Source: Planctomycetes bacterium UBA1146 (lineage in GTDB: Bacteria > Planctomycetota > UBA8108 > UBA1146). From it: a stretch of DNA of 50,694 nt. Shown piece after piece: positions 26,367 to 33,932 of the stretch. The first letter of the stretch is position 1. Each line of letters starts with the position of its first letter. Made by a program: the position numbers and the translations under genes. The stretch lies in assembly GCA_963694575.1 (NCBI GenBank), contig CAVOEM010000001.1:1-50694 (forward strand), read 5' to 3'. The notes beneath the pieces were generated by a model. That model saw only the letters and a list, made by a program, of their open reading frames with translations. It had not been told where the DNA came from and did not search any database.

Positions 26367-28787
26367 TCAGGGGCAAAGGTTGAAGGAAGTACATCCGAGC
26401 CCGCCGGGCCCATCGGGGCCACAATCGGGGAAAGGTGCCGCTGGCTCGGATCCACCTGCGAACATGTAGCCGATCAGATGCACCACATCGGAAACGTCGA
26501 CCTGATTATCCCCGTTATCATCGAGGCTTGCCAGACAACTCACCGGTGATCCATTGAAGAGGAAGCCGAGGGTGTTGACCGCATCGCTGACATCGAGGCT
26601 TCCATCAATATTGGTATCGCCACGGATGTAGGTGACGGCTCCGCCTCCTCCACATTCATCGGGAGTGCCATCGCCATCATTGTCGGCGCTGGTCCCGTTC
26701 GCGATATCGCACTCATCGAGGACACCATTGAGATTGCAGTCATTTGCTGCAGTGATCTCACAGCCGTCGTGAATACCATTACCATTGCAGTCTGGAATTC
26801 CTGCTCCGGCGATGGAGATGTCGAGTCCCCAGGTCTGAAGGGAACCGGAATCTCCTCCGGCATTATCCGAGATGGTAAGGGTCCAGTTGCCCAGACCGCT
26901 GGCTCCATCGAAAGTGGACAGTGGCGAGGCAGGAGGAGTGGATCCTGGGCTGCCATCGTCGTCGTAGATCGCGTTGATGTCATCGGAAGAACCGCCAGTC
27001 TGGCTGTGCAAGTTGACGGTGGTGCCGGAAGGATTGGCCACCGAGATGGCGAGATCGCCGATCCAGGTGTGAGTCAGGTCTAGCGCCACATCTATATCGT
27101 CGACCAGTCCTACCTGTGTGACCTCGATGATCCGGATCACCGGAGGCAAGTTGTCGGCGATCGGCGCCGGCGGGGAGACATTGTCGACATAGGAGAAGAT
27201 TCCTGCAGCCTCACAGATATCGAGAACTCCGTTGGCATCGCAGTCTGTGGCGGGATTCGCTGCGATCTGGCAACTATCGATGGACCCGTCGAGATCGCAG
27301 TCCGTTTCGCTTCCCAGGTCAATTTCACAACTGTCGAGCACTCCATCAAAGTCGCAATCCGCTGCACCTGAAGAGATCTCGCAGGTGTCAGGGATGAAAT
27401 TCCCATTGCAGTCGAGTGCGCCATTGATCAGTTCACAGGCATCGGCAATTCCGTCGTTGTCACAGTCTTCCTGGCATTCATCGAGCAGTCCATTTCCATC
27501 GCAATCGGATGCGCCGTTGGCGATTTCATCCCCATCTGGAATGCCGTTATTGTTGCAATCGAGATTGCCGACCATCGGAGCGAGGGTGGTCACCAGCAGA
27601 GTGTCCACGGCACCGGGTTGGAACAGCCCGAGAGTCGCATTGGCAGCGGTGGGTGGAGAGGTGGTCACGAAGCGGAAGTTGTACATCGTTCCCCAACGAA
27701 GTGCGTTGGCGTTGGGGTTCTGTGCAAAGGTTTGAGTCGACCAGTTGATTTCCCCGTTGGCGGTAGACACCGCCCAGTCGGTTCCATCGTAGATCTCGGT
27801 GCTGTGGTACTCGACATCGCGGAAACCGACATCGCTGGCGATCACACCCAGCAGCGGCACGGAGAAACTGCGTACCGCGCGGGTCGAGTCCATGTTGTAA
27901 AGAGCGTACTCGTATCGCCACAGGTTGGCATTCAGTTGGATGACCTTGTATCCGAGGATCAAGAGTCCGTCTCCAGCGTCCGAGATGTCGACCAGAGTCA
28001 CAGTCGGATCATTGTCTTGCCACGCCTGGATGCCTGGCTGTTGCCGCTGGGTCGATCCAACAAAGGTGATGGCGTGATTGGAAGTGGAGGAGGAGACGGA
28101 GACCTGTCGGTAACTGGTGTTATTGTGATGATTGCCTGCGGCAGCATCGTCGGGGGTGACATAATGTCCCTCGACGAAGTACTGGGCTCCAACATTGGTC
28201 GACGAGTCCAGGTCACTCCCGTGAACGCGCAAGCGACGCCAGGTCAGATCACTGTTGCCGGGGTCGAGGTTCTGCGGATAGATGAATCCACCGTGGGCCG
28301 GATCGGTCACCTCTGAGCGAGCGCCGAGGCTTCCCTGGCTACCATTCAAACTGGCTCCGTAGGGATCGGAGCAACCGACCCCGAGCCGGCTACCGGTTCC
28401 CGAAGAGACGCAGCCGCAACCACAGGTGTTTCCCTGCAAAGCGGTGAATCCGTGCTTGAGCCAGCTCATGCCGATCTGCTCGAGCACTCCATCCTTGAGG
28501 CGAAACATGTTTTGACCGATCACCGGGTGCTGATTGGTATTGGAGATCCAGAGCAGTTCCTCGGTGCCGATGTTGCAGGATGTGGTTCCCACTGAATAAG
28601 CGTAATAGCCGCCCGCTGAACCGTAACTCTGGGTGCCGGTCAACTCACCGACGATCACATCCGCTCCGGTGCCACCGAGGCCTCCGCCCGGATCACACTG
28701 GGCGTCGAGAGAGGTGGAGAAGAGCATCGTCATGGCTGCAGCAAGAAGGGAGAGGATCCCGAGGATCCGCTGCTTGGAAAGTGTCAT
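26367..28787 (-). CDS. large secreted protein: uncharacterised about 400-aa N-terminal domain, DCNGNG-type Cys/Asp repeats, P-domain, C-terminal dockerin-like/Cys-Pro module
   Basis: Signal MTLSKQRILGILSLLAAAMTMLFSTSLDAQ (ATG 28787; the track ORF runs to 28826). N-domain with a CGCGC motif. At least 10 repeats such as DCNNNGIPDGDEI, DCDGNGLLDECQ, DCNGNFIPDTCEI. P-domain DIDVALDLTHTWIGDL..GNWTLTISDNAGGDSGSLQTWGL. 87-aa tail YIRGDTNIDG..CTSFNLCP. Confidence 0.85.
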   Translation of the reverse strand: MTLSKQRILGILSLLAAAMTMLFSTSLDAQCDPGGGLGGTGADVIVGELTGTQSYGSAGGYYAYSVGTTSCNIGTEELLWISNTNQHPVIGQNMFRLKDGVLEQIGMSWLKHGFTALQGNTCGCGCVSSGTGSRLGVGCSDPYGASLNGSQGSLGARSEVTDPAHGGFIYPQNLDPGNSDLTWRRLRVHGSDLDSSTNVGAQYFVEGHYVTPDDAAAGNHHNNTSYRQVSVSSSTSNHAITFVGSTQRQQPGIQAWQDNDPTVTLVDISDAGDGLLILGYKVIQLNANLWRYEYALYNMDSTRAVRSFSVPLLGVIASDVGFRDVEYHSTEIYDGTDWAVSTANGEINWSTQTFAQNPNANALRWGTMYNFRFVTTSPPTAANATLGLFQPGAVDTLLVTTLAPMVGNLDCNNNGIPDGDEIANGASDCDGNGLLDECQEDCDNDGIADACELINGALDCNGNFIPDTCEISSGAADCDFDGVLDSCEIDLGSETDCDLDGSIDSCQIAANPATDCDANGVLDICEAAGIFSYVDNVSPPAPIADNLPPVIRIIEVTQVGLVDDIDVALDLTHTWIGDLAISVANPSGTTVNLHSQTGGSSDDINAIYDDDGSPGSTPPASPLSTFDGASGLGNWTLTISDNAGGDSGSLQTWGLDISIAGAGIPDCNGNGIHDGCEITAANDCNLNGVLDECDIANGTSADNDGDGTPDECGGGGAVTYIRGDTNIDGSLDVSDAVNTLGFLFNGSPVSCLASLDDNGDNQVDVSDVVHLIGYMFAGGSEPAAPFPDCGPDGPGGLGCTSFNLCP

Positions 28788-28937
28788 GGGTTCCCTTTCG
28801 GGGTCATCTCTGACCACGATGTTCAATCGACGGGCCTACCCATTGTATTGTCAAGAAAAGGTCGGATCGAGGAGCGATTTCAAATCAACGGGAGCAGAAT
28901 CGCAGGGAAGTCAGGAGAGTGACCTGTAGAGGGATGG

Positions 28938-28977
28938 AAAAAAAAGGACCTCGTGGACCCGCTGGTCCACGAGGTCT
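28938..28977 (-). terminator. rho-independent terminator of tRNA-Thr
   Basis: On the minus strand: a 13-14 bp perfect stem (GACCTCGTGGACC / GGTCCACGAGGTC) with a 4-nt loop, followed by a U8 run (plus-strand A8 at 28938-28945). Lies about 10 nt 3' of the tRNA. Confidence 0.8.
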
Positions 28978-28987
28978 TGCGTTTCAT

Positions 28988-29063
28988 TGGAGCTGGCGAC
29001 GGGAGTCGAACCCATGACCTCAGCTTTACGAAAGCTGTGCTCTACCAACTGAGCTACGCCAGC
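28988..29063 (-). tRNA. tRNA-Thr (anticodon CGT), CCA encoded
   Basis: Hand-folded: GCTGGCG-TA-GCTC-AGTTGGTA-GAGC-A-CAGCT-TTCGTAA-AGCTG-AGGTC-ATGGG-TTCGACT-CCCGT-CGCCAGC-T-CCA. All stems are Watson-Crick. Confidence 0.95.
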
Positions 29064-29189
29064 CCTGTGTTCGCTGAATATGAACATGGGCCTGAGGAGG
29101 GGAGGATAGCGACATCACAGCGAGGCGGCAATCGACCCTCGGAACAAGTCCGCGAGCGCGAGATCTGCCCGCTGTTTTCCTACCTCGTC

Positions 29190-30125
29190 TCAGCGAGAGG
29201 ATTCGACCTCGGGCATCTCGCTATGAGGGTGATCTGAACGGTGTCGCTCGGAGATTTTCTCGCTACTGAGGTGGTTGTAGACCTGGGTGGTGGCGAGATG
29301 TTTGTGGCCGAGAAGTTCCTGTACCTGCCGTAGATTGGCGCCACGGTCGAGCAGGTGAGTCGCATACGAGTGGCGCAGGGTATGGGGACTGGTTCGACTG
29401 TCGAGGCCCGCCTTGCCGATGTATCGGTCGAGGATCTTGCGGATCGATCGATCGGAGATGCGATCACCGAAGCGATTCAACAGCACCGGGTGAGGGCTCC
29501 AGTTTCCATCCTCGGGTTGCCAGCGTGCAGGGATCGCTTCCTGGTAACTGAAGAGAGCGGTCAGCGCATGCTCGCCGATGGGAACGATGCGCTCCTTGCG
29601 TCCCTTTCCGTAGGCTCGAACCAGACGCGCAGGACCGTCGATGTGCAGCCAGTCGAGAGCGACCAGTTCACTGACCCTGAGGCCGGTGCTGTAGAGGATT
29701 TCGAGGATGGCTCGATCTCTCAGCCCGCGGTACGTGTTGGTCTCTGGTTGATCCAGTAGACGCAAGACTTCCTGAACGGAGAGGAAGTGGGGCAGTGCAC
29801 GGGGCACCCGCGGTGTACTCAACTCGAGAAACGCGCAGCGTCCTTCGATCCGACCTTGGCCGGTGAGGAAGCGGAAGTACCCACGAATCGATGCGAGTTT
29901 TCGGGCCACCGTGCTGCGCGAATAACCGACCTCTGCGAAGTGAGCCAACCAGCGGCGAACCTCGGTGCTCTCCTTGGTGGCAATCAGTGAGAGATCCTTG
30001 ACCTCAAAGAAGTCACGGAGTTGTTCGAGGTCCTTGCGGTAGGCCCGGAGAGTTTCCGGGCTCAGGTTCCGCTCTGTTTCGAGGTGTTTGAGGAACGAGT
30101 CCATCGAATTTGTACCCACTTCCAT
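29190..30125 (-). CDS. tyrosine site-specific recombinase XerC/XerD family
   Basis: N-terminal SAM-like domain (FLKHLETERNLSPETLRAYRKDL). Catalytic region ..HTLRHSYATHLL..LLGHKHLATTQVYNH. Alternative ATG at 30104. Confidence 0.85.
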   Translation of the reverse strand: MEVGTNSMDSFLKHLETERNLSPETLRAYRKDLEQLRDFFEVKDLSLIATKESTEVRRWLAHFAEVGYSRSTVARKLASIRGYFRFLTGQGRIEGRCAFLELSTPRVPRALPHFLSVQEVLRLLDQPETNTYRGLRDRAILEILYSTGLRVSELVALDWLHIDGPARLVRAYGKGRKERIVPIGEHALTALFSYQEAIPARWQPEDGNWSPHPVLLNRFGDRISDRSIRKILDRYIGKAGLDSRTSPHTLRHSYATHLLDRGANLRQVQELLGHKHLATTQVYNHLSSEKISERHRSDHPHSEMPEVESSR

Positions 30126-30307
30126 CCCAAGGGGCGGCGTTCCCCTGTAGGGATCCTACGAAGGCCGAAAAAAAATGGGAAGAAGAACTGGGAACTGAAT
30201 CAAAATGGTCCAGTCACCACCGGTGGATAAACCCAGATGCCGCGACCGTCATGTGGATAACCATGGGAGAAGTAGGCCTGGATCGTCCGGAAGAAGAGGG
30301 GGCCTGC

Positions 30308-30559
30308 TTATCTCAGAATCCCGTGGCGACGACTGAGCAGTTCCCTCACGATGGCGCGGAAGTGATCCTGGGTCAGTTCTTCCTCATCGATATGCGCGGC
30401 GGCGTCGAGGGTCGAGGGAGAATCGCTTCCCATCGTCATCAACTGCTCCAGCAGCGACGGCAAGTCGGTACCATCGTAGAGGATGCAATGTTCTTCGTCG
30501 TTGCTGACCACCATCAAGGATCGCTCGTCGGGGTGAGTGAGAGGAGAGTTCGGAATCAT
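30308..30559 (-). CDS. small acidic hypothetical protein (83 aa)
   Basis: The only plausible ORF in the 30126-30727 gap, divergent from pabB. No family recognised; the VVSNDEEHCILYDG stretch resembles MbtH-like proteins only superficially. Confidence 0.45.
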   Translation of the reverse strand: MIPNSPLTHPDERSLMVVSNDEEHCILYDGTDLPSLLEQLMTMGSDSPSTLDAAAHIDEEELTQDHFRAIVRELLSRRHGILR

Positions 30560-30727
30560 CAGGGTCTCTTTCTTCTGTACAGATCTTGGTCAAGTCTATC
30601 TTTCTCTTCCCACAGGGAAGGGGGGACCGAAGCCGCAATGCGGCTCCCGTCGGGTCGTCGGTCATGACTCATCTTTCGGCAGATCGAGCGAAATTCTGCA
30701 GTACAATTTCGCCATGAATCGAGCCAG

Positions 30728-32164
30728 ATGAGCGCCAATGAAGCTTCTCACCCCTTCCAAGCAGCACCTCGAATCGAGGCTTTGGGCCCTGTCGAGGTCG
30801 AGAGCCTGCTCGCTGCGATCGGTCCGGGGCAGCCCGGCTTTTTGCTGGAGAGCGGTCTCGATGTGGCCGGAACTGGCCGCTGGCACATCGCCGGGGTCGA
30901 CCCGATCGGCTCCTTCGAGGCGAGTCGAGATCGGTGGCAGGTCAGCACTGCCGACCGGGTGATCGATTCCGGTGGTGGAGATCCGCTCGAGCAGCTGGAT
31001 CGGTGGTGGAAACAGTGGGCCACCAACGATCCCGCAGAGGTCGACTCGCTTCCCTTCGTCGGCGGTGCGGTCGGCTGGATCGGTTATGAGGCGGCCGATC
31101 GTTTTCTGGGATTGTCCCCACGGCAGACCCCCACTGGGGCCATCGGCTCCTTGCTCGATGGGGTCCCCGACCTCTGCTGGCATCTGTACGACGAGGTGGT
31201 GTTGATCGATGCCATCGAGAAGCAAGGTTGGTCGGTTCATCGGGGTCGAGCGGGGTGGCAGGATCGACAGTGGTGGCGCCGCCCCGGTGGCACCTCCAGC
31301 GATGCCCGCGATTCGATCTCGTCGTCACCGGTGAGAATCGTCGAATCCTCTCTCACCGATGCTCAATACCTCGAGGCTGTGTCGGAGATCCGCCATGGAA
31401 TAGGCCTCGGAGAGGTATACGAGGTCAATCTGGCTCGTGGCTGGATCGTCGATCCGGTCCCCTCGGCGGTCGCCTTGCATCGGCTCTGGCGTGAGGCGCA
31501 GCCGGTGCCCTATGGAGCGATGATCCAGGGCGATCCCTTCTCGGTGGTGTCCGCTTCCCCTGAACAATTTCTCTCGAGAAGGGGGAGACACATCGGGACG
31601 CGTCCCATCAAGGGGACCATCGCCAGAGGGCGAGATCGAGATGAAGATCGAGAAGCAGCAACTGCGTTGCTGGCGGATCCCAAGGAACGAGCAGAATTGG
31701 CGATGATCGTCGACCTCGAGAGAAACGATCTGGGCCGCATCTGCCAGCCGGGCACTGTCGAGGTGGTGCATCCGGCGCAGGTCGAACGGTATGCCTCGGT
31801 GTTGCATACGGTGGCGACGGTGACCGGTGAGTTGAGAGGGGATCCGAGTCCCGGCGAGATCCTACGCGCGACTTTTCCCGGAGGATCCATCACCGGGGCT
31901 CCGAAATTGGCAGCGATGGAGCGGATCCGCCAGTTGGAGCCGTGGCCTCGCTCCATCTACACCGGTTCCATCGGTTGGCTGGCCCCGACGGGAGATCTCG
32001 AACTGAGCATTGCGATTCGCTCCGCTCTGATCCGAGGGAAGCGTGCTCTGGTTCCCTTCGGTGGTGCGGTGACATGGGACTCGAAGCCGCAGGCGGAACG
32101 TGTCGAGTTGCTCGACAAAGCTCGAGCGATGTTCGAGGCGTTGGGGATTTCGGTCGCCCACTAA
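30728..32164 (+). CDS. pabB: aminodeoxychorismate / anthranilate synthase component I family (PabB-like)
   Basis: Chorismate-binding C-terminal core: SPEQFL, RPIKGT, KERAELAMIVDLERND, FPGGSITGAPKLAAME, YTGSIGW. Confidence 0.85.
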   Translation: MSANEASHPFQAAPRIEALGPVEVESLLAAIGPGQPGFLLESGLDVAGTGRWHIAGVDPIGSFEASRDRWQVSTADRVIDSGGGDPLEQLDRWWKQWATNDPAEVDSLPFVGGAVGWIGYEAADRFLGLSPRQTPTGAIGSLLDGVPDLCWHLYDEVVLIDAIEKQGWSVHRGRAGWQDRQWWRRPGGTSSDARDSISSSPVRIVESSLTDAQYLEAVSEIRHGIGLGEVYEVNLARGWIVDPVPSAVALHRLWREAQPVPYGAMIQGDPFSVVSASPEQFLSRRGRHIGTRPIKGTIARGRDRDEDREAATALLADPKERAELAMIVDLERNDLGRICQPGTVEVVHPAQVERYASVLHTVATVTGELRGDPSPGEILRATFPGGSITGAPKLAAMERIRQLEPWPRSIYTGSIGWLAPTGDLELSIAIRSALIRGKRALVPFGGAVTWDSKPQAERVELLDKARAMFEALGISVAH

Positions 32165-33924
32165 CCGTCCAGGTAACTCGCCAGAGCCCTCAGCATTTGG
32201 GCGATCGGTTCTCGTCCTTGGGTCCAACTGTCGACGCAAAACCAGACTCCGATCAGGCTCACCAGCAGCGCCGAGAACACCGGCGCCAGTTGCAAGAAAC
32301 GCGACTTCAACGGGGCACCCACTCGATTGAGAATTCGTTCCTTGCCCAGCACCAGTACGCAGCCGATTCCGATCAGCATCAATCCCAGTCCGAGACTGAA
32401 GAAACCGAGCACGATCAGTCCTAGCCACAGAGCCTGAAAGTGAGCGGCGACCAGCATGATGGTGAATCCCGCCGGGCACGGCACGATTCCGCCGCTGAAT
32501 CCGAGTGTCACCAGATCACGGAATCGAACCTCGCCATCTTGGCCCCAGTCCGCAGGCAGATGAGAATGCCCATGAGAGTGATCATGAGAGTGATCATGAG
32601 AGTGATCATGAGAGTGATCGTGCGAGTGATCGTGCGAGTGATCGTGCGAGAGATCGTGCGAGGGATCGTGCGAGGGATCGTGCGAGGGATCGTGCGAGGG
32701 ATCATTTTTGCGGCTCGCTCGCCAGCGCCGCCGGGCGAGGATCAGCCCGAAGGTCGCCAGCAAGGCGCCCGATCCGAAACTGAAGACGGTGGTGATCCAG
32801 TTCTGAAAGGTGGCGGATGTGGCCTTGTCGGTACTGGCCTCGATCAGCCCCAGTAATAGCAGCCCCAGCAGGAAGATGCTGATGGTGTGGGCAAAGGTGA
32901 CCACCAGACCGAGCACCACGGCATCGCGAATTCGACCGCGAGTACCGACCAGGTAGGCCGCCACCATCGTCTTGCCATGGCCGGGTCCAATCGCATGACC
33001 AGCGCCGTAGAGGATCGCCAGTAACAGCGCTAGCACGACCTCCCAGATCGGTGCTTCCCCCAGCACGATGGTCTCCACCAGACCGCCGATCTGCTCTTCT
33101 TCACCGACTTCATCCGGGGAGCGGTCGGTCTCCGATGGAAATCTTCGCGGCGACGGTGGAGTCTCTCCATCCTGGCGAGGGGGACGATTCGACTGCGCTT
33201 CTTCCGTCGACGCTTCCGGTCGAGCGGTAGGGAGACTGGCCAGTTGTACGGCGGTGGGAGCGGTATCGTTCATGGGGTCAAAGGAGGTCTCCCCTCGATA
33301 GAAGTAAAGGATCGTGTTGCGGCCGGGAGTACGGATGAAGGCGCCCTGGTCCTCGAAGAGGGATGGATCCGGTCGCAGGATGTAGAAGGAAAGATCGGGG
33401 TCATGATCCTCGATGGGAATCCACGAGTACTGACTCGAAGTTTGCTCACGATAACTGTTGTCCTGCCAGTGCAGCCAGTAGCCGCCGCCCCAGGGACTAT
33501 TCTCTGGGAGTGATTCTGGCAGTGAACCATGTAGGGTGAAGTAGGCGTCGAAGGGGCGAGCTCGCACCGAACCCTCCAGGCCCGCGTGTTCGATCAGATC
33601 CAGTTGGAGTTGAACCTGCTGGCCATTGATGCGGAGATCCAGTTGCGGCAGGAGAGATTCAATTCGAGTCTTCAGGTAGGGGCGCCACTCCTCTTCTTCC
33701 ACACGATCATCGCCATCGGAGTCGAGGTCGGCGAGTAATGGAAATCCGGCAGGAACGCTCCACCCCAGATTGAACAGGATGATCACCTGCCCATCGCGAA
33801 TGGTGAAGGTGGCCTGGGTTCCGACCCCCTCCGCCAGTTCATGGGCATCGCCGCGCTGATCGCCCGTCATCGACAGGATCAGCAAGATGACGAGGCATTG
33901 TTTCAGGCACTTACGAGTGCTCAT
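32161..33924 (-). CDS. NicO/RcnA-type nickel/cobalt transporter with large N-terminal periplasmic domain and His-rich loop
   Basis: AILYGAGHAIGPGHGKTMVAAYLVG (RcnA signature), multiple TM segments, and loop (HDPS)x4-HDLS-(HDHS)x6-HGHSH. ATG 33924 (MSTRKCLKQCLVILLIL); the track ORF runs to 33948. Confidence 0.8.
   Translation of the reverse strand: MSTRKCLKQCLVILLILSMTGDQRGDAHELAEGVGTQATFTIRDGQVIILFNLGWSVPAGFPLLADLDSDGDDRVEEEEWRPYLKTRIESLLPQLDLRINGQQVQLQLDLIEHAGLEGSVRARPFDAYFTLHGSLPESLPENSPWGGGYWLHWQDNSYREQTSSQYSWIPIEDHDPDLSFYILRPDPSLFEDQGAFIRTPGRNTILYFYRGETSFDPMNDTAPTAVQLASLPTARPEASTEEAQSNRPPRQDGETPPSPRRFPSETDRSPDEVGEEEQIGGLVETIVLGEAPIWEVVLALLLAILYGAGHAIGPGHGKTMVAAYLVGTRGRIRDAVVLGLVVTFAHTISIFLLGLLLLGLIEASTDKATSATFQNWITTVFSFGSGALLATFGLILARRRWRASRKNDPSHDPSHDPSHDPSHDLSHDHSHDHSHDHSHDHSHDHSHDHSHGHSHLPADWGQDGEVRFRDLVTLGFSGGIVPCPAGFTIMLVAAHFQALWLGLIVLGFFSLGLGLMLIGIGCVLVLGKERILNRVGAPLKSRFLQLAPVFSALLVSLIGVWFCVDSWTQGREPIAQMLRALASYLDG
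32571..32702. repeat. coding 12-bp tandem repeats encoding the His-Asp-rich loop
   Basis: Plus strand reads (GAGTGATCATGA)x3, (GAGTGATCGTGC)x3, (GAGGGATCGTGC)x4-like units. Two to three sub-families of one 12-mer. Confidence 0.9.
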
Positions 33925-33932
33925 GCGAGAGA

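Noticed and set aside
22037-30125. tRNA-Thr plus tyrosine recombinase as markers of an integrated island carrying the exoprotein genes
   Set aside because: - The recombinase lies on the 5' side of the tRNA, not the 3' side where islands insert.
- It has full XerC/XerD-type architecture.
- I saw no direct repeat of the tRNA 3' end near 22000.
- By eye, composition looks like the rest of the window.
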